From Malacoraja senta (taxonomy: Eukaryota), in contig JAXLNO010000661.1 in NCBI GenBank assembly GCA_038087875.1, positions 1 to 59,711 on the forward strand: a stretch of 59,711 bases of DNA, in the 5' to 3' direction. The notes beneath the pieces were generated by a model. It did no database searches, was not told the origin of the DNA, and saw only the letters and a list, made by a program, of their open reading frames with translations. The position numbers were made by a program, and so were the translations under genes. This document shows positions 49,920-59,711 of the stretch, one piece after another (positions within the stretch are counted from its first letter, which is position 1; every line of letters begins with the position of its first letter).

Positions 49920-50070
49920 GTAGACACAAAATTCTGGAAAGAATGGGTAACGATTCGGGTCGTTTCTTCAGTCACCCATTCCATCTCCCCAGAGATGCTG
50001 CCTGTCCCGCTGAGTTACTCCAGCACTTTGTGTGCTTTTTTGTAAACCAGTATCTGCAGTTCCTTGTTTT
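49920..50070. mobile_element. Degenerate Penelope-like pLTR fold-back
   Basis: Similar to 893-1088. Confidence 0.6.
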
Positions 50071-50164
50071 TAAACCATTCTGGTTAACCATCTCTGCACC
50101 TTCCCCAAAGCCTCCACATCAGTCCTGTAATGGAGTGACCAGAACTGTATGCAATACTCCAATT

Positions 50165-50335
50165 GTGTGAAACAAGAAAAAAAAATTCACACAGAGAGTG
50201 GTGAATCTCTGGAACTCTCTGCCACAGAAGGTAGTTGAGGCCAGTTCATTGGCTATATTTAAGAGGGAGTTAGATGTGGCCCTTGTGGCTAAAGGGATCA
50301 GGGGGTATGGAGAGAAGGAAGGTACAGGATAATGA
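50165..50335 (+). mobile_element. CR1-clade LINE 3' fragment
   Basis: FTQRVVNLWNSLPQKVVEASSLAIFKRELDVAL. Confidence 0.75.
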
Positions 50336-50856
50336 GTTACAGGATAATAACATATTAAAATATTAAAACGAGGCCTCACATTCATATATATAATACAATT
50401 TTACCCTGATATTTCCTTATAACATATATATATATCGGAGTTTAATTATTAAACCAATATTTTTGATTTCAATAAGAATCAACTGTTGGTTGAAGGGGTT
50501 AACGAGACGTGCTCCTGGACATAAGCCAGGAGCTCGTTTCTCATCCCCTCCTCCCGCTTATAGACAAGGTTACAATTTATTAAAAATTCATATTAGTATG
50601 TTAGTTCATTATTTTTTTTTGTTAGTATTCTAATCTAACCTGCATAACTTTTTAAGTTGTTAATAGGATATGTTCTTACAATTGGTTATAATATTTTAAT
50701 CAATAAGCAATTATTTTCTGATTTATATTCCAACTGTTAAGTTGTTAACACGTTTTGAACAGAAAATGTCCTTGATTCAACATTCCAGAGATAACAGTGT
50801 AGCTATCCCCAGACACAACATAGCTGAGAATGGTTCGGATCTGCCAAAACTCCCTT

Positions 50857-51175
50857 TCATTTCTGTTTTTCAACGATCGTTTGGGCATATTTGAATGCGT
50901 CTTCAGGCTTAACAAATGACTTTTCAAGACCATTAAAGGAAATACGCATTTTCGCGGGATAAAAAAACCCAAATCTGACCCCTTCTCTCCCTCTTAAAAG
51001 ATCTTTAACCTTATCAAATTTGTTTCTTTTTTGCACAATTTCATACGGGTAGTCCCTGAATATCTTAATAGTGTCCTTGTCCAGCCGCAATTGTACACCA
51101 TATTTGATTTTGCTCATAACATATTCCAGTTCTGCAGTATCTCGAAATTTCACTATAATATGTCGTGGATAAGCT
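50857..51175 (-). mobile_element. L1/Tx1-type ORF1 C-terminal fragment
   Basis: YPRHIIVKFRD...IKIFRDYP...KRNKF...FGFFYPAKMRI; cut by the satellite at about 51175. Confidence 0.8.
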
Positions 51176-54100
51176 TGGTTTGCTTTGAAAATGCAAAAGG
51201 TGGTTTGCTTTGAAAATGCAAAAGGAGGTTCGGTTTAGATATGCAAAAGATTTGGTTTGAAAATGCAAAAGGTTTGGTTTGAAAATGCAAAAGGTTTGCT
51301 TTGAAAATGTAAAAGGTTTGCTTTGAAAAAGCATAAGGTGGATTGCATTGAAAATGCAAAAGGTAGTTTGCCTTGAAAATGCAAAAGGTGGTATTCTTTG
51401 AAAATGCAATTGTTGGTTTGCTTTGAAAATGCAAGAATGGTTTGCTTTGAAAATGCCAAAGGGGTTTTGCTTTGAAAATGCAAATTGTGGTTTGCTTTGA
51501 AAATGCAAAAGGTGGTTTGCCTTGAGAATGCAAAAGGTTGCTTTGAAAATGCAAAAGGTTTGCTTTGAAAATGCAAAAGGTGGTTTGGTTTGAAAATGCA
51601 AAAGGTGGTTTTCTTTATGGAAAATGTGGTTGGCTTTGAAAATGCAAAAGGTGGATTTCTTTGAAAATGTAAAAATGTGGTTTAGTTTGAAAATGCAAAT
51701 GGTGGTTTGGCTTAGAAATGCAAAAGGTGGTTTGGTTTGGAAATGCAAAAGGTTTGCTTTGAAAATAGAAAAGGTTTTCTTTGAAAATGCAAAAGGTGCT
51801 TTGCTTAGAAAATGCAAAATGTGGTTTGCATTGAAAATGCAAAAGGTGGTTTGCTTTGAAAAGGTGGTTTGCTTTGAAAATGCAAAAGGTGGATTGCTTT
51901 GAAAATGCAAAAACGGTTGCTTTGAAAATGGGAAAGGTGGTTTGCTTTGAAAATGGAAAAGGTATTTTGCTTTGAAAATGCAAAAGGTGGTAGATGGTAG
52001 AGAATTGAGGAATGCAGTTGAACAGAGGGATCTAGGAATAACTGTGCATAGTTCCCTGAAGGTGGAATCTCATGTAGATAGGGTGGTGAAGAAAGTTTTT
52101 GGGGTGCTGGCCTTTATAAATCAGAGCATTGAATATAGAAGTTGGGATGTAATGTTAAAATTGTACAAGGCATCGGTGAGGCCAATTCTGGAGTATGGAG
52201 TACAATTTTGGTCGCCTAATTATAGGAAGGATGTCAACAAAATATGCAAAAGGTGCTTTGCTTAGAAAATGCAAAATGTGGTTTGCTTTGAAAATGCAAA
52301 ACGCGGTTTTCTTTGAAAATGCAAAAGATTTGTTTTGAAAAAGCAAAAGGTTTTGTTTGAAAATGCAAAAGGTTTGCTTTGAAAATGCAAAAGGAGGTTT
52401 GCTTTGAAAATGCAAAAGGTGATTTGCTTTGAAAATGCAAAAGCTGCTTTTCAATGAAAATGCAAAAGGTGGATTGCTTTGAAAAAGTAAAATGTGGTTT
52501 GAATTGAAAAAGCAAAAGATGGTTTTCTTTGAAAATGCAAAAGGTGGTTTGCTTTGAAAATGCAAAAGGTGGTGTGCTTTGAATATTCAAAAGGTGGTTT
52601 GCTTTAAAAATGCAAAAAGGAGGTTTGCTTTGAAAATGAAAAAGGTGGTTTGCTTTGAAAATGCTATAGGTAGTTTGCTTTGAAAATGCAAAAAGTGGTT
52701 TGCTTTGAAAATGCAAAAGGTGGTTTGCTTTGAAAATGCAAATAATGGTTGGCTTTGAAAATGCAAAATGTGGTTTGTTTTGAAATTGCAAAAGGGGTTT
52801 GCTTTGAAAATGCAAAAGGTGGTTTGCTTTGAAAAGGTGGTTTGCTTTGAAAATACAAAAGGTGGATTGCTTTGAAAATGCAAAAAGGGTTGCTTTGAAA
52901 ATGAAAAAGGTGGTTTGCTTTGAAAATGGAAAAGGTGTTTTGCTTTGAAAATGTAAAAGGTGGTAGATGGTAGAGAATTGAGGAATGCAGTTGAACAGAG
53001 GGATCTAGGAATAACTGTGCATAGTTCCCTGAAGGTGGAATCTCATGTAGATAGGGTGGTGAAGAAAGTTTTTGGGGTGCTGGCCTTTATAAATCAGAGC
53101 ATTGAATATAGAAGTTGGGATGTAATGTTAAAATTGTACAAGGCATCGGTGAGGCCAATTCTGGAGTATGGAGTACAATTTTGGTCGCCTAATTATAGGA
53201 AGGATGTCAACAAAATATGCAAAAGGTGCTTTGCTTAGAAAATGCAAAATGTGGTTTGCTTTGAAAATGCAAAACGCGGTTTTCTTTGAAAATGCAAAAG
53301 ATTTGTTTTGAAAAAGCAAAAGGTTTTGTTTGAAAATGCAAAAGGTTTGCTTTGAAAATGCAAAAGGAGGTTTGCTTTGAAAATGCAAAAGGTGATTTGC
53401 TTTGAAAATGCAAAAGCTGCTTTTCAATGAAAATGCAAAAGGTGGATTGCTTTGAAAAAGTAAAATGTGGTTTGAATTGAAAAAGCAAAAGATGGTTTTC
53501 TTTGAAAATGCAAAAGGTGGTTTGCTTTGAAAATGCAAAAGGTGGTGTGCTTTGAATATTCAAAAGGTGGTTTGCTTTAAAAATGCAAAAAGGAGGTTTG
53601 CTTTGAAAATGAAAAAGGTGGTTTGCTTTGAAAATGCTATAGGTAGTTTGCTTTGAAAATGCAAAAAGTGGTTTGCTTTGAAAATGCAAAAGGTGGTTTG
53701 CTTTGAAAATGCAAATAATGGTTGGCTTTGAAAATGCAAAATGTGGTTTGTTTTGAAATTGCAAAAGGGGTTTGCTTTGAAAATGCAAAAGGTGGTTTGC
53801 TTTGAAAAGGTGGTTTGCTTTGAAAATACAAAAGGTGGATTGCTTTGAAAATGCAAAAAGGGTTGCTTTGAAAATGAAAAAGGTGGTTTGCTTTGAAAAT
53901 GGAAAAGGTGTTTTGCTTTGAAAATGTAAAAGGTGGTAGATGGTAGAGAATTGAGGAATGCAGTTGAACAGAGGGATCTAGGAATAACTGTGCATTGTTC
54001 CATGAAGGTGGAATCTCATGTAGATAGGCTGGTAAAGAAAGCTTTTGGGATGCTGGCCTTTATAAATCAGAGCATTGAATATAGTAGTTGGGATGTAATG

Positions 54101-57100
54101 TTAAAATTGTACAAGGCATCGGTGAGGCCAATTCTGGAGTATGGAGTACAATTTTGGTCGCCTAATTATAGGAAGGATGTCAACAAAATAGAGAGAGTAC
54201 AGAGGAGATTTACTAGAATGGTGCCTGGGTTTCAGCAACTAAGTTACAGAGAAAGGTTGAACAAGTTAGGTCTTTATTCTTTGGAGCGCAGAAGGTTAAG
54301 AGGGGACTTGATAGAGGTCTTTAAAATTATGAGCGGGTTAGACAGAGTTGACGTGGATAAGCTTTTCCCATTGAGAGTAGGGAAGATTCAAACAAGGGGA
54401 CATGACTTGAGAATTAAGGGACAGAAGTTTAGGGGTAACATTAGGGGGAACGTCTTTACTCAGAGAGTGGTAGCTGTGTGGAATGAGCTTCCAGTGGAAG
54501 TGGTGGAGGCTGGTTCGATGTTATCCTTTATAAATAGATTGGATGGGTATATGGACGGGAAAGGAATGGAGGGTTATGGTCTGAGTGCAGGTAGATGGGA
54601 CTAGGGAGAAGTTTTTTTTTAATGTTCGGCACGGACTTGAAGGGCCGAGATGGCCTGTTTCCGTGCTGCAATGGTTATATGGTTATATGGTTATATGGTG
54701 GTCTGCTTTGAAAATGCAAAAGGTGGTTTGCATGAAAATGCAAAAGGTGGTTTGCTTTGAAAATGCAAAAGGTGTTTTGCTTTGAAAATGCAAAAGGTGG
54801 TTTGCTTTTAAAATGCAAAAGGTGGTTTGCTATATAAACGCCAAAAGGAAGTTTGCTTTGAAAATGCAAAATGTGGTTTGCTTTGAAAATGCAAAAGGTC
54901 GTTTGTTTTGAAAATGCAAAAGGTGGTTTGCTTTGAAAACGCAAAAGGTGGTGTGCTTTGAAAATGCAAAATGTGGTTTGCTTTGAAAATGCAAGAGGAG
55001 GTTTGCTTTGAAAATGCAAAAGGTGGTTTGCTTTGGAAATGCTATAGATGGTTTGCTTTGAAAATGCAAAAAAAAGTGGTTTGCTTTAAATATGCAAAAG
55101 GTGGTTTGCTTTGAAAATGCAAAAGTGGTTTGCTTTGAAAATGAAAAAGGTGGTTTCCTTTGAAAATGCAAAAAGGGTTGCTTTAAAAATGCAGTGGATG
55201 ATTTGCTTTGAAAATGGAAAAAGTGGTTTGCTTTGAAAATGCAAAAGGTGGTTTGCTTTGAAAATGCAAAAAGTGGTTTGCTTTGAAAATGCCAAAGGTG
55301 GTTTGTTTTGAAACTGCAGAAGGTGGTTTGCTTTGAAAAAGCAAAAAGTGGATTGCTTTGAAAATGAAAAGGGTGGTTTGCTTTTAAAATGCCATAGGTG
55401 GTTTGTTTTGACAATATAAAAGATGCTTTGCTTTGAAAATGCAAAAGGTGGTTTACTTAGAAAAGGTGGTTTGCTTCGAAAATACATAAGTTGGTTTGCT
55501 TTGAAAATGCAAAAGGTGGTTTGCTTTGAAATTGCAAAAAGTGGTTTGTTTGAAAATGCAAAACGTGGTTTGCTGGTTTGCATTGAAAAGGTGGTTTGCT
55601 TTGAAAATGATTGAGGAGGTTTGCTTTGTAAATGCAAAAGATGATTTGCTTTGAAATTGCAAAAAGTGGTTTGCTTTGAAAATGCAAAAGTGGTTTACTT
55701 TGAAAATGCAAAAGGTGGTGGGCTTTGAAAATGCAATGGTGGTTTGCATTGAAAATGCAAAAGGTGATTTGCTTTGAAAATGCAAAAGGTCGTTTGCTTT
55801 GAAAGTGCAAAAGGTGGTTTGCTTTGAAAATGCTAAATGTGGTTTGCTTTGCAAATGTAAAAAGTGGTTTGCTTTGGAAATGCAAAAGGTGGCTTGTTTA
55901 GAAAATGCGAAAGGTGGTTTGTTTTGAAAATGCAAAAGGTGGTTTGCTTTGAAAATGCAAAAGGTTGTTTGCTTTGAAAATGTAAAAGGTGGTTTGCTTT
56001 GAAAAGGTGGTTTGCTTTGAAAATGCATAAGGTGGTTTGCTTTGAAAATGCAAAAATGGTTTGCTTTGAAGATGCAAAATGGCTTGCTTTGAAAATGCAA
56101 AAGATGGTTTGCTTTGAAAATGCAAAGGTGGTTCGCTTTGAAAAGGTGGTTTGCTTTGAAAATGCTTAAGGAGGTTTGCTTTGTAAATGCAAAAGATCAT
56201 TTGCTTTGAAATTGCAAAAAGTGGTTTGCTTTGAAAATGCAAAAGGTGGTTTGCTTTGAAAATGCAAAAGGTGGTTTGCTTTGAAAATGGTGAAGGTGTT
56301 TTGTTTTGAAAATGAAAAAGGTGGTTTGCTTTGAAAATGCGAAAAATGTTTTTCTTTGAATGTGCAAAGGGTGGTTTGATTTGAAAATGCTAAATGTGGT
56401 TTGCTTTGAAAATGTAAAAAGTGGTTTGCTTTGAAAATGCAAAAGGTGGTTTGTTTAGAAAATGCGAAAGGTGGTTTGTTTTGAAAATGCAAAAGTTGGT
56501 TTGCTTTGAAAATGCAAAAGGTTGTTTGCTTTGAAAATGTAAAAGGTGGTTTGCTTTGAAAAGGTGGTTTGCTTTGAAAATGCAAAAGATGGTTTGCTTT
56601 GAAAATGCAAAGGTGGTTCGCTTTGAAAAGGTGGTTTGCTTTGAAAATGCTTAAGGAGGTTTGCTTTGTAAATGCAAAAGATCATTTGCTTTGAAATTGC
56701 AAAAAGTGGTTTGCTTTGAAAATGCAAAAGGTGGTTTGCTTTGAAAATGCAAAAGGTGGTTGCTTTGAAAATGGTGAAGGTGTTTTATTTTGAAAATGCA
56801 AAAGGTGGTTTGCTTTGAAAATGCGAAAAATCTTTTTCTTTGAAAATGCAAAAGGTGGTTTGCTTTGAAAATGCAAAAGGTGATTCGTTTTGAAAATGCA
56901 GAAGGTGGTTTGTTTTGAAAATGCAAAAGGTGGTTTGCTTTGAAAATGCAACAGGTTGTTTGCTTTGAAAATGCAAAAGGTGGTTTGCTTTGAAAAGGTG
57001 GTTTGCTTTGAAAATGCAAAAGATGGTTTGCTTTGAAAATGCAAATAGGTTTGCTTTGAAAATGCAAATGGTGGTTTGCTTTGAAAATGGAAAATGTGTT

Positions 57101-57253
57101 TTGCTTTGAAAACGCAACAGGTCGTTTGCTTTGATAATGCAAAAGGTGGATTGCTTTGAAAATGCAAAGGCAAGTGAGGTTGCTTTGAACACGCAAAGGC
57201 AAGTGCGGTTGCTTTAAAAATGCAAAGGCACGTGCGGTTGCTTTGAAAATGCA
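51175..57253 (-). repeat. 25-bp satellite array, inverted copy, with LINE pieces at 51991-52244, 52964-53217 and 53937-54696
   Basis: (GGTGGTTTGCTTTGAAAATGCAAAA)n. Confidence 0.97.
53937..54696 (+). mobile_element. HER1/CR1-like LINE, counterpart of 13496-14262
   Basis: Identical junctions with the satellite; ORF 53933-54604. Confidence 0.93.
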
Positions 57254-57264
57254 TAGGCAAGTGA

Positions 57265-58343
57265 TTAAAAGTCAAATCTTGACCACTTCCTGTTTGCACT
57301 GTATATTGATTTTAGAAATTCACTACCACTTACGGCTTCGAGTTTTGGCCATATTACTCAGTCCCCCTCCAGCTGTTAGGGCCAGAGAATTTTTCCCATC
57401 GATGAAAAAGATAAGATTTATTAATGTTTAAATAAAGTTGAAATTCTCTCTTCTGTCAATCATGCAATGGAGGCCACGCCCCATCCGGTGGGAGGGGGAA
57501 GGACTATAAACCTGGAAGTGTGGACTTGCCGCAGTCGCTGCAAGATGGGGGAGGGAGAGGTCACGACTCTCAGTCTGAGCAGTGAATAAACTGAACACTG
57601 AACACATGTCTACTAAACTGTGAGTGTGGTTTTATGTGCTTTTATGTGGTTTATTTGGAACTGTGTTTGGAAGGAATAAATGTTTTACGTGCCTTTTGAC
57701 TGTGCCGCTAATTGAAAAGTGTGACTTTTGACTGTGCCGCTAATTGAAAAGTGTGCCTTTTGACTGTGCCGCTAATTGAAAAGTTTGCCTTTTGACTGTG
57801 CCGCTAAATGGAAAGGATGCCTTTTGACTGTGCCGCTAAACTGTGCCTATATTTTAAAATGTGATTTGCTTTATAAATGTGGCTTGCGTTTTAATGTGGC
57901 TTGCGTTTTAAATGTGGCTTGCTGTGCAACCGTTTTTGGAAGGAAAAACAGTGAATAAACGTTTTATTAGATCAGGACTGTGTTTAATGCAAAATTGCCG
58001 CTCATTCCGTGACTTCCGCTTAGTGGAGAGATGGTGCTGATTGCGTCATTTCCGGTGAGTTCAGAGGTGGCGCTCAGTGCGGAAGGGTATAGTGGAGACA
58101 CCGCCCTGAACCGTTAGTAACAGGATTCAGTTTGCTTACCACATTCTGAAGTTACTTGGCATTTTAGTATTGGTGCTGTGTGTGAGTGTGTGTCTGTGTT
58201 TGTGTGTCTTTATTTGTGTGTGTCCGTGTGTGTCTTTGTGTTTGTGTGTGTGTGTCTTTGTGTTTGTGTGTGTGTGTATGTGTGTGTTTTTTTTTGTGTG
58301 TGTGTGTTCCTGTGTGTGTCCCTGTGTGTCTCTCTGTGTGTGC

Positions 58344-58441
<98 letters not shown>

Positions 58442-59098
58442 CTGTGTGTTTGTCTCTGTGTGTGTGCTCTGTGTGTGTGTTTGTGTATGTGTGTGTCTCT
58501 ATGTGTGTGTCTGTGTTGGAGTGCTTGGAGTGCTGTGAGGTTGGACTTACTTCCTGCACTCTGCTCTGAATGCTGTGAGGTGGAACTTACCGCCTGCACT
58601 CTGCTTGCTGTCTGGTTGGACCTGCTGCCTGCATTCTGCATGGAGTGCTGTGAGGTTGGACTTGCTGCTTGCACTCTGCTTGGAGTGCTGTGAGGTTGGA
58701 CTTGCAATGTTTTAAGACTCGTTCACATTTTAAACATTAATAAATCATTTTTCCACTTGCCATGTCTGCGTGTTCTTTATCACAATGGGTACCTAATGGG
58801 CAGGAATGGCTGCGCTGTCGGAGAGCCACTAAGAGTGCATGGGGGAGGGGGGGTTGAGGGGAGATGCACTGAATGCGTGGGGGAGGGGAATGGCAAGGAG
58901 CAGAGTAGTGGAGTGAAGGGAGGAGGGGTAACTGAGTGAACTGTCACCACACCAGCTTTAAGTGACTTAATGCCAGCCCACCAGCCATGACTCACCTAAC
59001 TGCAAGGCCAAGAATGCCCGTACTAGCCCTCTGGAAACCAGTCTCTTCAGCCCACAACACCCATACTAGCGCTCCAGAGATTCACGCAAGGATAGACT
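57265..59098 (+). mobile_element. Helitron-like element copy lacking its 3' end
   Basis: Reverse complement of 3803-5750; the hairpin/CTAG end was removed by the arm-specific deletion. Confidence 0.55.
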
Positions 59099-59356
59099 GA
59101 TCGCCACAATTCCCAGTCTTTGGAGTTTCTCAATCAATTCCCTGATTAAATCACAACCTGTCTCAGCAGGGATTTCACTCGGCTGATGTCATCTATTTGT
59201 GAATCATTTCAACATCTCTATTTTTAAACTCTGTTGAAACTTCACTGTCCCGGTGGAGACGGAAAATGGTATAAAATATCCAGGAATGTTCTGCCTCAGC
59301 ATTTCATTCCGAGACATGACCGGTAGTTCACGGGGACACGTCGCTGGGCAGAGAAA

Positions 59357-59432
59357 ATGGGGCAGCATATTTATGAATATTTCCACGTGGAGAAAATCCT
59401 GTACGCGATCATTGCTGCCGTTGGAGTCACTG
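59357..59432 (+). CDS. First coding exon of a GPR139/GPR142-like GPCR (copy 2)
   Basis: MGQHIYEYFHVEKILYAIIAAVGVT followed by G|GTAAGT; same 76-nt length and phase as copy 1. Confidence 0.75.
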
Positions 59433-59711
59433 GTAAGTGAGCAGAACAATTCAAGTTTTATAACTCCGTGTGTTAACTGGTGTTGACCTGATTCTCATCA
59501 TGTTACAAGTTCCCAACTGATGATCGTTGTACAAGAATATGTGAAGTATATCAATCCTCTCAGTGAAATATTTGTGCATTAACGCTGTGATTTTTCTTAT
59601 TTCCCGACAGCTGAAACTAACCCTCTTTTTATCTCACTGCTGCCGGCCGGGAGCCACTAGAATGTTGTTCTTGCCTTCAGTGGGACCTTACCCAGAGTTG
59701 TCCCAGTGCTC

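Larger units (their letters stand above)
51175..59711 (-). repeat. Right arm of the large inverted duplication (continues past the window end)
   Basis: Reverse complement of about 16080 to 1497, with a shorter satellite, one extra 973-bp unit and loss of 2109-3802. Confidence 0.95.

Overview
Eukaryotic genomic DNA, very probably from a cartilaginous fish (skate or ray, inferred from HE1-type SINEs and HER1/CR1-type LINEs), with a 200-N scaffold gap at 33501-33700. The window is bracketed by a young, large inverted duplication (about 1497-16080 mirrored by about 51175-59711, running off the right edge). Each arm carries the first coding exon of a GPR139-like GPCR pointing outward, a Helitron-like element full of minisatellites, and a 25-bp satellite with an embedded LINE. 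The two GPCR exons differ at 10 of 76 nt, with every altered codon changing the amino acid, while the adjacent intron differs at only about 6 of 279 nt. The 35-kb spacer holds an older head-to-head pair of C2H2 zinc-finger genes (one intact 492-aa ORF, one pseudogene) around a CpG island built from tandem CRE/GC-box units. It also holds deeply nested transposons: Gypsy with a Penelope insert, two different class I ERVs, a full-length DIRS1-like element, RTE-group LINEs, TIR elements and Penelope-derived hairpins with hammerhead cores. Family names come from motif recognition, not database searches. Most ORFs in the supplied track are repeat artefacts.
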